Positions 8,502 through 17,892 are shown, counted from the first letter of the stretch. The stretch is 64,000 nt of DNA from a virus (IMGVR_UViG_3300032323_001119:32001-96000), one strand, 5' to 3'. Notes: generated by a model not told the origin, from the sequence alone. Numbers and translations are program-made.

Positions 8502-9666
8502 TAAGTTTTGCCATCCAAGCTGCTTTAGATGCATTAAGCTTATCTTGTGCAGCCTTTAGCTCAATGGCATACTGTGCTTCTGCTGCTGCAATTCCTGCAT
8601 TAACCTCAGCTCTGATCGCTGCTGCCCTTGCTGCTGCTTCTGCTGCCTTTGCTGCTGCTTCTGCTGCCTTTGCTGCTGCTTCTGCTGCTGCCTTTTCTGC
8701 TGCAGAATTATCAATCTTCTTAGGTAATTCAACAGGGATTGCAGTACTAGCCACATTTAAGGAACTTGGCATTAGCTTTGCAAATGTGCCTTGCCTTCCT
8801 TTTGTTTGCAAAGAGTTTGCAGATAACATAGAAATTAATTGGCTACCAGCAATTCCAGTTCTGCTAGATACAGACAAATAGGTTGCTGCTGCTACCTGTG
8901 TAGCAGATGATGTTCCAGCAATATTTTTTGAAACATTTCCTGGTCCTGGCAAACTCATGCTTCCTAGCGCAAAGAAGTCAAGTAAGGCTGAGTCGTTATT
9001 GCTGTATGAAGCAATCTCGCCAATCTGATCTACTGCTCCTACTGCTACAACATCTGAAATGCATGAAGGCCAATCAATTCTTGAGTAATCACGAGCATTA
9101 CCTACTGCTGAAAAAACTGGAATAGACATTGAATTTAAAGATTGAACTACAGAAATTGTACGAGTAAATGTTGGACAATACTGTGTTCCAGCCCTGCCCA
9201 GAAGTCCGTTACTTCCTTGAGAAAGTGATACTGCCTTTACATTATACTTTGATGCATTGTCTCTTACCCATGCAAGTGCTGCAGAGATTGTAGGCTCTCC
9301 TGCTGGCTTTCTAAGGCCAGCTGGGGTATTAGCAATAATCTTTACAAAAAGAATTTTAATATTAGGGTTAGTTCTTACTGCTGCGCTAGCCATAAATGTT
9401 CCGTGATCAAATCCATTTCTAGTAATAAGATCTGATGGCATTGATGCGGAGCCAGCTCCCTCTTGAAAGTTGGTTCCATTAGGGCAAAGAGCCCATTCAA
9501 GAATACAAACTTCTCCAACAATCTTTCCTTGTAGTTCTGGTAGTGATGTGTCGATAGCAGTGTCTAGGATAGCCAAGACTGGGGCATCGACATTATTAGC
9601 CTTTGCAATTGCAATAGGTGATAGAAGTGATAAAGTAAGTACCGCCGTTATTAGTTTATTTTTCAT
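8494..9666 (-). CDS. secreted subtilisin-like S8 serine peptidase
   Basis: Signal peptide; AILDTAI (Asp), HGTFMA (His), AVGN (oxyanion Asn), AGTSSAT (Ser); Ala-rich C-terminal tail. Confidence 0.88.
   Translation of the reverse strand: MKNKLITAVLTLSLLSPIAIAKANNVDAPVLAILDTAIDTSLPELQGKIVGEVCILEWALCPNGTNFQEGAGSASMPSDLITRNGFDHGTFMASAAVRTNPNIKILFVKIIANTPAGLRKPAGEPTISAALAWVRDNASKYNVKAVSLSQGSNGLLGRAGTQYCPTFTRTISVVQSLNSMSIPVFSAVGNARDYSRIDWPSCISDVVAVGAVDQIGEIASYSNNDSALLDFFALGSMSLPGPGNVSKNIAGTSSATQVAAATYLSVSSRTGIAGSQLISMLSANSLQTKGRQGTFAKLMPSSLNVASTAIPVELPKKIDNSAAEKAAAEAAAKAAEAAAKAAEAAARAAAIRAEVNAGIAAAEAQYAIELKAAQDKLNASKAAWMAKLNG
8620..8705. repeat. 21-bp coding tandem repeat (AAEAAAK)
   Basis: Repeated gctgctgcttctgctgccttt units. 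Confidence 0.7.
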
Positions 9667-9696
9667 ACCCTAAGTATACTAAATTGACTGGGTTTG

Positions 9697-9849
9697 TCAA
9701 GACTTTGGCCGATACCATTTCCCTGAATCTAATTCAAGACCTGACTTTTCGTTAATAAGATCATTTACAAGAACTATCAGTATATCTGTTACGGCGCTGA
9801 GCTCTTCTACTCTATTTTCAAGAGCCTTTATTTTTTTAGATTTCCTCAC
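9697..9849 (-). CDS. small coiled-coil hypothetical protein (50 aa)
   Basis: Hand translation (GTG)RKSKKIKALENRVEELSAVTDILIVLVNDL...DSGKWYRPKS*. Confidence 0.5.
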   Translation of the reverse strand: MRKSKKIKALENRVEELSAVTDILIVLVNDLINEKSGLELDSGKWYRPKS

Positions 9850-10207
9850 TATTTGCCTTATCTATGGGTGTAGGTGCAGTAGCCAAACTACCGCACATCA
9901 TGCATTCCATATCTAAAAAGTAATTAGATATTTCATAATCTGAGAATGTTACCTTTAGTAGCCAAACTTGTGAACCACAAGGGCAGGTGTGAGTTGGTGT
10001 GCCTCTGAGATCCATTGCATTATCATAATCAATAGGGGGTATGTAGTTAGGGTCACTTTTAACAATTGATATCAGTGCGTCCTGTACAGCCTCTTCGTAC
10101 TTATCAATGTAATAAAAGCCCACTTTAAATCTTTTAAAAAACATTCTAAGAAAAAATGTTAAAAGAATTGCGCTTATTGTTACAGATATAATGAATGCAA
10201 TTTTCAT
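9836..10207 (-). CDS. membrane-anchored Zn-ribbon protein
   Basis: N-terminal TM helix; THTCPCGS...ECMMCGS. Confidence 0.75.
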   Translation of the reverse strand: MKIAFIISVTISAILLTFFLRMFFKRFKVGFYYIDKYEEAVQDALISIVKSDPNYIPPIDYDNAMDLRGTPTHTCPCGSQVWLLKVTFSDYEISNYFLDMECMMCGSLATAPTPIDKANSEEI

Positions 10208-10221
10208 ATAATCATTATACC

Positions 10222-10779
10222 TTAAACTTGAATATATGTATAGGGTGCTGCTACGCTCATATTAAATTCAGTTGCAGCTTCAAGAGCAGCTTTTAGTCTT
10301 AGTTTCGGGTTCTTTTGATTTTTTGTGGCATATAAAGCACCAAGTGCTATCTGACCACCGCTTCCCTCAGCCATATAATTTACAACATTTTCTCCAACAT
10401 GAAAGTCTTCATCTACAGTAAAAAGCCTTCCGCATACACCAACTATAAATATTCCTCCAGTGTCTTCATCTGAAGAAGATCCTATGCTGCCGTATCCGTT
10501 ATCTTTAAATGCCTGCTTAACTGAGTCTACAAATTTAGTTCTCATAAACTTATCTAAGCCTGAATTAGTTTTTGTTGGAGTATATTTTGGTGGAGTCCAA
10601 GAATACTGCAGAATCTGTCCCATTCTAAATGAATCAGTAAAAGCTATTCCGTACTGTCCAACCTTGAAACACTTTGGTTCTTTTCTAGATATGATCCAGC
10701 CAGTTTTATCATCTGAGGCTGCGTGGTCGGAACCCATATAAACTGTCCCATTTTGAGCAATAGCAACTATACATGTCAT
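10222..10779 (-). CDS. Ntn-hydrolase, HslV/proteasome-beta-like protease
   Basis: N-terminal nucleophile Thr2 (MTCIVAI), GSD, K, AEGSGG..ALGAL. Confidence 0.75.
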   Translation of the reverse strand: MTCIVAIAQNGTVYMGSDHAASDDKTGWIISRKEPKCFKVGQYGIAFTDSFRMGQILQYSWTPPKYTPTKTNSGLDKFMRTKFVDSVKQAFKDNGYGSIGSSSDEDTGGIFIVGVCGRLFTVDEDFHVGENVVNYMAEGSGGQIALGALYATKNQKNPKLRLKAALEAATEFNMSVAAPYTYIQV

Positions 10780-10811
10780 GATACCAGTATACTATTTATA
10801 AATTCGTAGTG

Positions 10812-11117
10812 CTAGTCCTCATTTATGTGAATTTCAACATGCTCTAATTTAAGCAGGGACTCTTCTAGGTCCGCCTTAACATGAATTAGCTCCTGTAAAG
10901 CCTCATAATATTTATTTTTCCATTCATCTAGATCTTTTTCTAATTTATATAGCTTTATCTGCAAATCTTTAAGCTCAATTAAAAGTCCATCATGGAGTTT
11001 TTCTTGAAGTCTAATCTGCTCTTTTTTCTTTTCTCTTTTATAATTAAACAAAACACCTATTAAGCCACTAGAAACAGAGGCCAAGATAGTTATAATTATT
11101 TGAGTAGTATTTAGCAT
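10812..11117 (-). CDS. single-TM coiled-coil protein
   Basis: N-terminal hydrophobic helix followed by heptad repeats. Confidence 0.7.
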   Translation of the reverse strand: MLNTTQIIITILASVSSGLIGVLFNYKREKKKEQIRLQEKLHDGLLIELKDLQIKLYKLEKDLDEWKNKYYEALQELIHVKADLEESLLKLEHVEIHINED

Positions 11118-11147
11118 TATTACATAATTATACCGTAATATATACCT

Positions 11148-11384
11148 TTATACGAGCAGTTCAGAAGCCTTTATTTCTTCTCCAACATATTTCTTTTTGG
11201 CGATATAGTCTTTTACTGTTTCGTGACCATATTGTCTACCAGATAATATTACAGTCCATCTAGGCTCAAATTTATTAGATATACATGTTTCACACATTAG
11301 CAAATTAATTGGCAAAAGTGAGGACCTTTTTAAGTTCAAGTTAGCCTTGCTCTTATTGCAGCTATAGCATAGCACCTTTTCCAC
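11148..11384 (-). CDS. Zn-finger hypothetical protein
   Basis: CYSC...CETC. Confidence 0.75.
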   Translation of the reverse strand: MEKVLCYSCNKSKANLNLKRSSLLPINLLMCETCISNKFEPRWTVILSGRQYGHETVKDYIAKKKYVGEEIKASELLV

Positions 11385-11842
11385 TATTCAATTACCTCTC
11401 TGTCGCATTGGGTGTTAGCAAAAAATCTTTCTGAATCAAATCTCCAGCTATCTAATGAAAATATCTTTGCAAAATCATAAACTAAATTAGAGTATGTCTC
11501 TTCGTCTGTCTTGTCTTTAACCTTTAATATTGCATCCGTTGCTTGATAATACTGTTCTCTTAAAAATACACACTCTCCTGCTGGAGGCCTTCTAAGAACT
11601 TTTGAATGCACCTTGCCGCTAGGCTCATAAAGAGTTACTGTAAGAAAATGTTTTGCAAATCCCCAGTCTTTGTACTCATTGTATCCATTAACTGCAAGCA
11701 AGGCGTCTGGCCACATATATATTGCTCTTTCTGGATACTCTCCGTCTCTAGATGTAGTTAGCATATACATACCCTTTGGATCTTCTTTGTATGCAGCAAT
11801 CTGTACTTCATGCGATGCGTGTGCTTTTACGTACTCTGACAT
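11384..11842 (-). CDS. hypothetical protein
   Basis: 152 aa; TAATG coupling; AAGGAG RBS. Confidence 0.75.
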   Translation of the reverse strand: MSEYVKAHASHEVQIAAYKEDPKGMYMLTTSRDGEYPERAIYMWPDALLAVNGYNEYKDWGFAKHFLTVTLYEPSGKVHSKVLRRPPAGECVFLREQYYQATDAILKVKDKTDEETYSNLVYDFAKIFSLDSWRFDSERFFANTQCDREVIE

Positions 11843-12033
11843 TAATTTATCTCCTTGTTTATTTTGATTTCATCTAAAATAATAAAATCATTAGAATCAA
11901 AAGGCTCTACAACCTCTTCAAAACCGTCGTGATACTTTATTGCTGACATATAAGCTCCATAAGAAACAATTATGCCATGCTTTTGCTCTGGTATTATAAA
12001 TACCTTCGAAGGTATATCAAATTCTTCTTCCAC
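11842..12033 (-). CDS. hypothetical protein
   Basis: Probable GTG start (VEEEFD); coupled to the downstream gene. Confidence 0.6.
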   Translation of the reverse strand: MEEEFDIPSKVFIIPEQKHGIIVSYGAYMSAIKYHDGFEEVVEPFDSNDFIILDEIKINKEIN

Positions 12034-12340
12034 CTGGCTTGCCCTCCAACTCGACTCGTACCCCGTATGATTCCAGGATCCTTTTAACCATTTCAATATA
12101 ATCTATAACTTTTAATCTCATACTTCCATCGTACTGTGAAAAATTATCTTCATATAATCTTATTGCTAAAAACTCAGGATACTTTACTATATCCATCTGT
12201 AAGTCGGTAGAAGGGCTTTTTAGCTCTCTGACCTTTCGTGACATTTCTTTTGTATAAAAAACTGGTTTATTTGCTTCACCAGTCCATTGATTAATTCCAT
12301 ACTTAAAGTGATTTTTATCTTTATCTATAAAGTTAGCCAT
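12017..12340 (-). CDS. hypothetical protein
   Basis: 107-aa ORF overlapping its neighbours in the operon. Confidence 0.75.
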   Translation of the reverse strand: MANFIDKDKNHFKYGINQWTGEANKPVFYTKEMSRKVRELKSPSTDLQMDIVKYPEFLAIRLYEDNFSQYDGSMRLKVIDYIEMVKRILESYGVRVELEGKPGGRRI

Positions 12341-13040
12341 TTAGCCACCTTTCAAGTGACTCCTTTGACCTATCTTTTATTGCTTCAAGATACTCTGGCG
12401 TGTTATAGTGCAAGAATGTTCCAGGAGACATACCAATCTCAGTTGCAAACAAAGAATAGGCATATCTAGTACCAGATAAAACTGGTTTTGTTCCATGGAA
12501 ATATGGTGCTTCTGCATGGTGAATTATTACATCTCCAGGCTCTGGTTTATAAGAAAGCTTTCCTTCTGGTGAAGGATCGTACTCATCTAATAATTTACCA
12601 CTCTCATCAAATGCTGGATAGAAAACTTCCCCACCTTCAAAATCACCTAGATATGCAACTAAACCATATGATATAAGGCTGCATGTACCATATCCATCTT
12701 CTTGAGTTAGCATGTCTCTATTCTCCATGCCAGGGCTATCACAATGAACAAACATTCCTGCTTGACCTGGCCTTGAAGCAATAACCTTATCCTGTGGGTT
12801 AATGATGTATTCTGGATAAATTAAATCAGAAACTTTTTCCCAAATATCAAAGAACTCTGGTATTGAAGGGCTCATTTTATCATAATACCATTCGATAAAA
12901 TCATCATCTTCCCAAAATTCTTTAGGGTCTATTGTTTCTAAAAGAGAAACAAATTTGTCTACCATGTCTTTAGGTATATATCCTTTAAACAAATATATCT
13001 CATCTGCTAGCTTTATGCATCCTGGCTTATCCGAAAACAT
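12333..13040 (-). CDS. 2OG-Fe(II) oxygenase
   Basis: HCD...YLGDFEGGE...KPEPGD...HGTKPV.SGTRY. Confidence 0.88.
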   Translation of the reverse strand: MFSDKPGCIKLADEIYLFKGYIPKDMVDKFVSLLETIDPKEFWEDDDFIEWYYDKMSPSIPEFFDIWEKVSDLIYPEYIINPQDKVIASRPGQAGMFVHCDSPGMENRDMLTQEDGYGTCSLISYGLVAYLGDFEGGEVFYPAFDESGKLLDEYDPSPEGKLSYKPEPGDVIIHHAEAPYFHGTKPVLSGTRYAYSLFATEIGMSPGTFLHYNTPEYLEAIKDRSKESLERWLNG

Positions 13041-13041
13041 T

Positions 13042-13353
13042 TTAACCCCCGTGTTTTTTCTTTAAGATCTTATCTATATCTTTAGTTTTGTGTATATTTT
13101 TTGATTTATCTCTTACCCCATTAGACAAGTATACACCACCCCATACGCCATAGTTCTCAGACTCTTTACCGTATTCATAGCATATTGCTATCACTGGGCA
13201 GGATATGCATGCTTGATCAATGCTTTTTGCAACATTGATGTCGGACTCATATAGATCAAAAAATAGGTTAGTGTCCATGCCTAAGCATAGGGCAAGATCT
13301 TGCCATTGAACTGAGTCTTTATCTACCCCTAGGCTATTTAAAAAATTTGACAT
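13042..13353 (-). CDS. whiB: WhiB-family Fe-S transcription factor
   Basis: WQDLALC...FF...CISCPVIAIC...YGVWGG. Confidence 0.93.
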   Translation of the reverse strand: MSNFLNSLGVDKDSVQWQDLALCLGMDTNLFFDLYESDINVAKSIDQACISCPVIAICYEYGKESENYGVWGGVYLSNGVRDKSKNIHKTKDIDKILKKKHGG

Positions 13354-13564
13354 ACTTTACTGGCAGCCTCCATGTTCCGTCATTTTCAACGAAAAATTTC
13401 TCTGCAGTACCCCAATCATTTCTAAACATTCCTTTAGGGTTTGTAAAACCAGAGGCATCCTTTTTCCAAACAACTAGGTCGTAGTTTTCCCAAAACGCTT
13501 TAACGTTTTTATGTTTATTTTTTTTAATTAGAACTTCTACACCAAGCTCAGTTAAGTTAAGCAA
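13334..13564 (-). CDS. hypothetical protein
   Basis: 76 aa, TTG start, between the tRNA and whiB. Confidence 0.7.
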   Translation of the reverse strand: MLNLTELGVEVLIKKNKHKNVKAFWENYDLVVWKKDASGFTNPKGMFRNDWGTAEKFFVENDGTWRLPVKYVKFFK

Positions 13565-13580
13565 CTAACTTCCTATCTAG

Positions 13581-13664
13581 TACCCATAGTCGGATTTGAA
13601 CCGACACTCCACAGTTGGAGGCAAATTTTAAGTCTGCTGCGTCTGCCGATTCCGCCATACGGGC
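13581..13664 (-). tRNA. tRNA-Leu(TAA)
   Basis: GCCCGTA/TATGGGT acceptor, GCAGA-CTTAAAA-TTTGC anticodon arm, long variable arm; TTGACA-17-TATAAT promoter at 13680..13708. Confidence 0.9.
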
Positions 13665-13704
13665 ATAATGCTTAACATTATTATACCGTGATCGACATAG
13701 CATG

Positions 13705-13851
13705 TCAACTGTTTTTTGAAGTTTTTAATATTTTGACAGACTTTATTTCATCATCTATATTAAATATATCTGATATATAGTCCTTGGCATCATCTTCGGA
13801 AAAAGCTTCAACTTCTGCTATTACCTCTAACTTAATGCTGTATTTGTTCAT
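13705..13851 (-). CDS. small hypothetical protein (48 aa)
   Basis: Hand translation MNKYSIKLEVIAEVEAFSEDDAKDYISDIFNIDDEIKSVKILKTSKNS*; TATAAT 6 nt upstream. Confidence 0.65.
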   Translation of the reverse strand: MNKYSIKLEVIAEVEAFSEDDAKDYISDIFNIDDEIKSVKILKTSKNS

Positions 13852-13863
13852 AATATAATTATA

Positions 13864-14154
13864 CTACTGTTGAGCTTTTTTATCTACTGATGTAAATGCT
13901 GCATTAATTTCATCAATTGTTAGTTTGCCGTCGTCTAGAAAACCTCTTGCAAGCCTTTCAACCACGGTGGCAACGCCAAGAGTACCTGCTAGTATTACTG
14001 CTTTATATGTTTCTATTCCTACGACTGCGCCTGCTCCAATTACTGAAAGACCAGATGCGGCAAATACGGCTACTATACGCATAAATATATTGTTTATGCT
14101 TGCTATAGCACCTCCGCCAACATGCTGTGGTTCATTAATATTTTTTCTTGCCAT
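13864..14154 (-). CDS. two-TM membrane protein (holin-like or surface-protein partner)
   Basis: Two hydrophobic helices, then DDGKLTIDEINAAF. Confidence 0.7.
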   Translation of the reverse strand: MARKNINEPQHVGGGAIASINNIFMRIVAVFAASGLSVIGAGAVVGIETYKAVILAGTLGVATVVERLARGFLDDGKLTIDEINAAFTSVDKKAQQ

Positions 14155-14155
14155 C

Positions 14156-14338
14156 TTATTCCTCATTTCTATTTCTAATCGGACTTGTAATTATCCAAAG
14201 AGCTGTGGTTGCCATGATTCCATAACCAACAACAGTCTTTGCACTTCCGTCCAGAACTACCCAAGCAATAAACATACCAAGAAGGGTCCATGCTTGGTCA
14301 ACCATATCCTTTAGAATATTTTTTACTATTCTTACCAT
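14156..14338 (-). CDS. small two-TM membrane protein
   Basis: WTLLGMFIAWVVL and VVGYGIMATTALWIIT; overlaps the end of the PA14 gene. Confidence 0.75.
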   Translation of the reverse strand: MVRIVKNILKDMVDQAWTLLGMFIAWVVLDGSAKTVVGYGIMATTALWIITSPIRNRNEE

Positions 14339-17172
14339 TTTCTTCCTCCTCGTGAACCTGGTGAATTTGCTCCTGACGAGCCTCCCCCAGAACTTCCTCC
14401 GCCTGTACCTGTGCCACCCCCTGTGGCTCCTCCTGCAGCGACTGCTGCTGCGTTAATCGCTGCACCTGCTGCTACAACTGTAGCAACTACCATATCTGTT
14501 GCTTCTTCTCTTTCTTCATCTGACATATCAGCGCCAATACTTCCAAATGCTGCTAATGCTGCTGCTGGATTAGTAAATAATTCTTCTACCAGTGCTCCTG
14601 GGTTCTGTAGTAATTCTACTTGAGCAGCGACTTCTGCAGTAATCACAACTGCATTTCCATTTTCATCAGTACGAATATCTACTGGTGTTGATGGTGGCAA
14701 ATCAGAATATGATACACCTGCTGCTTTTATATCTGCAGATGAAACGGCTTCTCCAGGTTTAATTTCTTCAAGCAGTTTATTTACAACTACTTCTTTTTGT
14801 TTTTCAGTTAACTTACCTTCTTCTGCCGCTTTCTTTAATTCCTCTGCTTCCTTTTTTGCTGCTTCTAATTCTGCAGCTTTTGCTTCAGCTTCAGCTTTTG
14901 CATCTGCGGCTTCTTGTGCTTTAGCTTCCGCCTCTGCCTTAGCATCTGCTTCTTCTTGAGCCTTTGCTTCTGCTTCAGCCTTAGCATCTGCCTCTGCCTG
15001 CGCTGCCGCTTCAGCCTCAGCCTCTAATCTATCCGCCTCTGCTTTTGCATCTGCTTCAGCTTGTTCTTTGGCTTCTTGTTCTGCCTGCGCTGCTGCTTCT
15101 TCTGCTGCTATACGATCAGCCTCTGCTTTAGCAGCGGCTTCCTCTGCGGCTACACGGTCTGCCTCAGCCTTAGCTGCCGCTTCTTCTGCGGCTTTAGCTT
15201 CTGCTTCTGCTTTTGCTGCAGCTTCCGCTGCTGTTTTGGCGGCTGCTTCTGCGGCTGCTGCTTGTGCAGCTGCTTGTTGTGCTGCAGCCTCCGCTGCTGC
15301 TGCTTCTTGTGCTGCTTGGGCTGCTGCAGCTGCTGCTGCGGCATTTGCAGCGGCTTGTGCTGCTGCTTGTTGCTCTGCATAATAATTAACTGTAACCTGT
15401 GCTGCATTTGTCATTGCAGTTACTGCTTCATTTACTTTAGTTATTGCTATATTAGCCAATGTATCTGCTGTCTGTACAGCTACTGATAGATTTTGATTTG
15501 CAGTTGCAAGGTTCTGCTGCTCTGTTGATAAGGTTTGATTAGCATTAGTTAAATTTGTTTGAGCAGCTGTTAGGTTTGTTTCTGCTACTACCTTTTCTGC
15601 TGTGACAGTTGTTAATACTGCTGTGCTAGCAGCAAGATCAGTAGTGGCTGATTGTAATGCTGCTACCTGTTGTGGTGTAGCAGATGATGTTGAGAACTCT
15701 GATGCTGGAATTACTTCCCAGGTTGACCCGTTATATCTACGTAATGATACTGCTGCCCCTCCACCATTTTCGTAATACCACATTTCAAGGGTCTTTCCAA
15801 CACCAGCAGTAGTTTCAACATCTGCTGTGGATCCTCCACCACCCTTGTCAAACCAGTCATTGATAACGGTCTGCCCGTCTAGCTTTAAAAGAACTCCGTC
15901 ATCTGCAGGTGCTGTAATATATTGCGTTCCAGTAGTTTGTGGAGTCCAGATACCATCCCATTTAACCTGAAATCCTTCTGTAATTGTTGTAGTTCCTTGC
16001 TTAGTTGCAGACACATTGTCTACTCCATAGTAGTCCCAATTTGCTGGTATATTTATAGATGCAATCTTTTTGCCTTCTGGGGCAGTAATAACTTCTTGAT
16101 GCACATAGCTAGGGTATGTTGAGTTAACATTATCCTGAATATTAAAAGTGCTTGTAGTTCCATCAGTGTATGTAACTACTGCATTATGATCTCCATTTTT
16201 AGCAAAGACTTGGAAGCTTGCAGCAACTGTATTTGCTGGCATGGTAATAAGAGTGTCTGCAGTTGATCCTCTAAGAGTTAGGGATGGATCTTGTCCAGGA
16301 CCAGGAAATCCAATAGACCCAATATATACTTGATTATTATTTGTAGTTGAGACTGGAGTTCCATTTACTGTAATTCCTATCTCAGTGTTTAGTCTATTAT
16401 TAGCAAAGGTTTCGGTTACTGTTGTTGTACCGCCATTTACTGTCGGTCCTCCACTACCCCACTGCTCATTAATTCCATTTGTATCTTTTCCAGTGTAAAC
16501 AACTGTTCCTTCTCCAACTGTGGGAGAAGCTCCATTATCTGCGCTATCAATAACTGTTATATTTAGTCCAAGAGAGGTATTTGCATTTACTACTGCTGTG
16601 GCAGACTCTACAGCTTCTGCCTTTACCTCTACTACTGCCGTCTGAGATTCAACTGCTGCTGTTGCTGTAGCCAATGTAGTAGTTGCTGTGGCGACTGTTG
16701 CTGTAGCTGACTCAACTACTGTTACTGCTGTAGCTACCACTGCTGTCTGTGAATCAACATTAGCCTGTGCTGTTGTGGCAACTGCTACGGCTGTCTCTGC
16801 AGATTGAATAGCAGTATTCGCTTCTGACACCTTTACTGTTGCCTCTGCGACTGCTGTGGCTATAGGCTCTTGAGTTGTAGCAATTTGGGTAGCAGTCTGA
16901 GTATCTGTGTTTGGAACATTGGATTGAATAGTATTTACAATAGCTGTTGCTTGAGTTTCAGCAGCTTGCTGTAGTGTTGTTTCTGCTGTTTCTATTTTAG
17001 CTGCAACTGTCTCAACTGTAATAGGAGTGGTTGCTGTGGCTGTATCTGAAGATGGGTTTGCTGGAGTTACTTGAACGGTAACTTCTTCAGCATGTGCGTT
17101 GCTTGGTCCAAAAAGAAAGAGCCAGCCGATTATAAAAAGGCTGGTTAAAAAATACTGTAACTTTCTAGTCAA
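14332..17172 (-). CDS. large surface-anchored protein with PA14 domain, coiled-coil stalk and C-terminal anchor
   Basis: Signal peptide (NAHA); PA14 motifs FQVKWDG, ADDGVLLKLDG..VINDW, YYENGGGA; TolA-like Ala/Glu stalk; hydrophobic C-terminus and basic tail. Confidence 0.8.
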   Translation of the reverse strand: MTRKLQYFLTSLFIIGWLFLFGPSNAHAEEVTVQVTPANPSSDTATATTPITVETVAAKIETAETTLQQAAETQATAIVNTIQSNVPNTDTQTATQIATTQEPIATAVAEATVKVSEANTAIQSAETAVAVATTAQANVDSQTAVVATAVTVVESATATVATATTTLATATAAVESQTAVVEVKAEAVESATAVVNANTSLGLNITVIDSADNGASPTVGEGTVVYTGKDTNGINEQWGSGGPTVNGGTTTVTETFANNRLNTEIGITVNGTPVSTTNNNQVYIGSIGFPGPGQDPSLTLRGSTADTLITMPANTVAASFQVFAKNGDHNAVVTYTDGTTSTFNIQDNVNSTYPSYVHQEVITAPEGKKIASINIPANWDYYGVDNVSATKQGTTTITEGFQVKWDGIWTPQTTGTQYITAPADDGVLLKLDGQTVINDWFDKGGGGSTADVETTAGVGKTLEMWYYENGGGAAVSLRRYNGSTWEVIPASEFSTSSATPQQVAALQSATTDLAASTAVLTTVTAEKVVAETNLTAAQTNLTNANQTLSTEQQNLATANQNLSVAVQTADTLANIAITKVNEAVTAMTNAAQVTVNYYAEQQAAAQAAANAAAAAAAAQAAQEAAAAEAAAQQAAAQAAAAEAAAKTAAEAAAKAEAEAKAAEEAAAKAEADRVAAEEAAAKAEADRIAAEEAAAQAEQEAKEQAEADAKAEADRLEAEAEAAAQAEADAKAEAEAKAQEEADAKAEAEAKAQEAADAKAEAEAKAAELEAAKKEAEELKKAAEEGKLTEKQKEVVVNKLLEEIKPGEAVSSADIKAAGVSYSDLPPSTPVDIRTDENGNAVVITAEVAAQVELLQNPGALVEELFTNPAAALAAFGSIGADMSDEEREEATDMVVATVVAAGAAINAAAVAAGGATGGGTGTGGGSSGGGSSGANSPGSRGGRKW

Positions 17173-17239
17173 CTAGGTATCTCCTAAGTAATGCAATATT
17201 TTTGCTTACTTAGTAATTATAGCAGAATGTTAGTTTAAA

Positions 17240-17866
17240 CTAGTTAGATATGTAAGTTCCATTAACATAAATATTTGTGTTTGTTGTTAGCGTTACTGGT
17301 TTCCCCTGCTTTAAAATTGCTTCCATAACTGGAGAGTTTGATCCAGGAATTTGCTTTATGTAATGAAGATCAAGTGTTTGTGTGTTGGGCAAATGATCAG
17401 CATTGACAATGATATGTCCAGCTAAGTCTGGGTTAGCTGTTTCATCAACAAAAACCCAACCTGGGAAATGATTCATAGTTCCCGATAATGGAGCAAATGG
17501 TAGTTCTAAATTTAACTGTCCTGTTCCAAAACTTGTTACTGTTGAACAGTCTACTGCTATCCAAAATGAAACTAACTGTCCCTGCTTAACATAATAAGAA
17601 TTGTATGTTGGGTGATTTACGCCTGTTCCAGTAAATGTTAGTCCAGTTGCTGTAAAGCTTGGAGTCCATCTAACTGATTGAAAAGAAACATCTGCATCTG
17701 CACCTGGCTCGCCTTGTGGACCTTGTGGACCTTGTGGACCAGGCGTTAATGATACATTCGTTATGGCTTCTGCCAACTCTTTTATTGAGTTTAAATTTGA
17801 TGGGGCAGCAGCAATTTCTAGCTCCTGTGGAGTAACTGCTCTATATGCATAAGTTTCTGGTGACAT
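17240..17866 (-). CDS. collagen-repeat protein with tail-fibre-like C-terminal beta domain
   Basis: GPQGPQGPQGEPG; WTPSFT...YVKQGQLV...LELPFAP...NGTY. Confidence 0.65.
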   Translation of the reverse strand: MSPETYAYRAVTPQELEIAAAPSNLNSIKELAEAITNVSLTPGPQGPQGPQGEPGADADVSFQSVRWTPSFTATGLTFTGTGVNHPTYNSYYVKQGQLVSFWIAVDCSTVTSFGTGQLNLELPFAPLSGTMNHFPGWVFVDETANPDLAGHIIVNADHLPNTQTLDLHYIKQIPGSNSPVMEAILKQGKPVTLTTNTNIYVNGTYISN

Positions 17867-17892
17867 ATATTTATTATACCCTATATGCTTGT

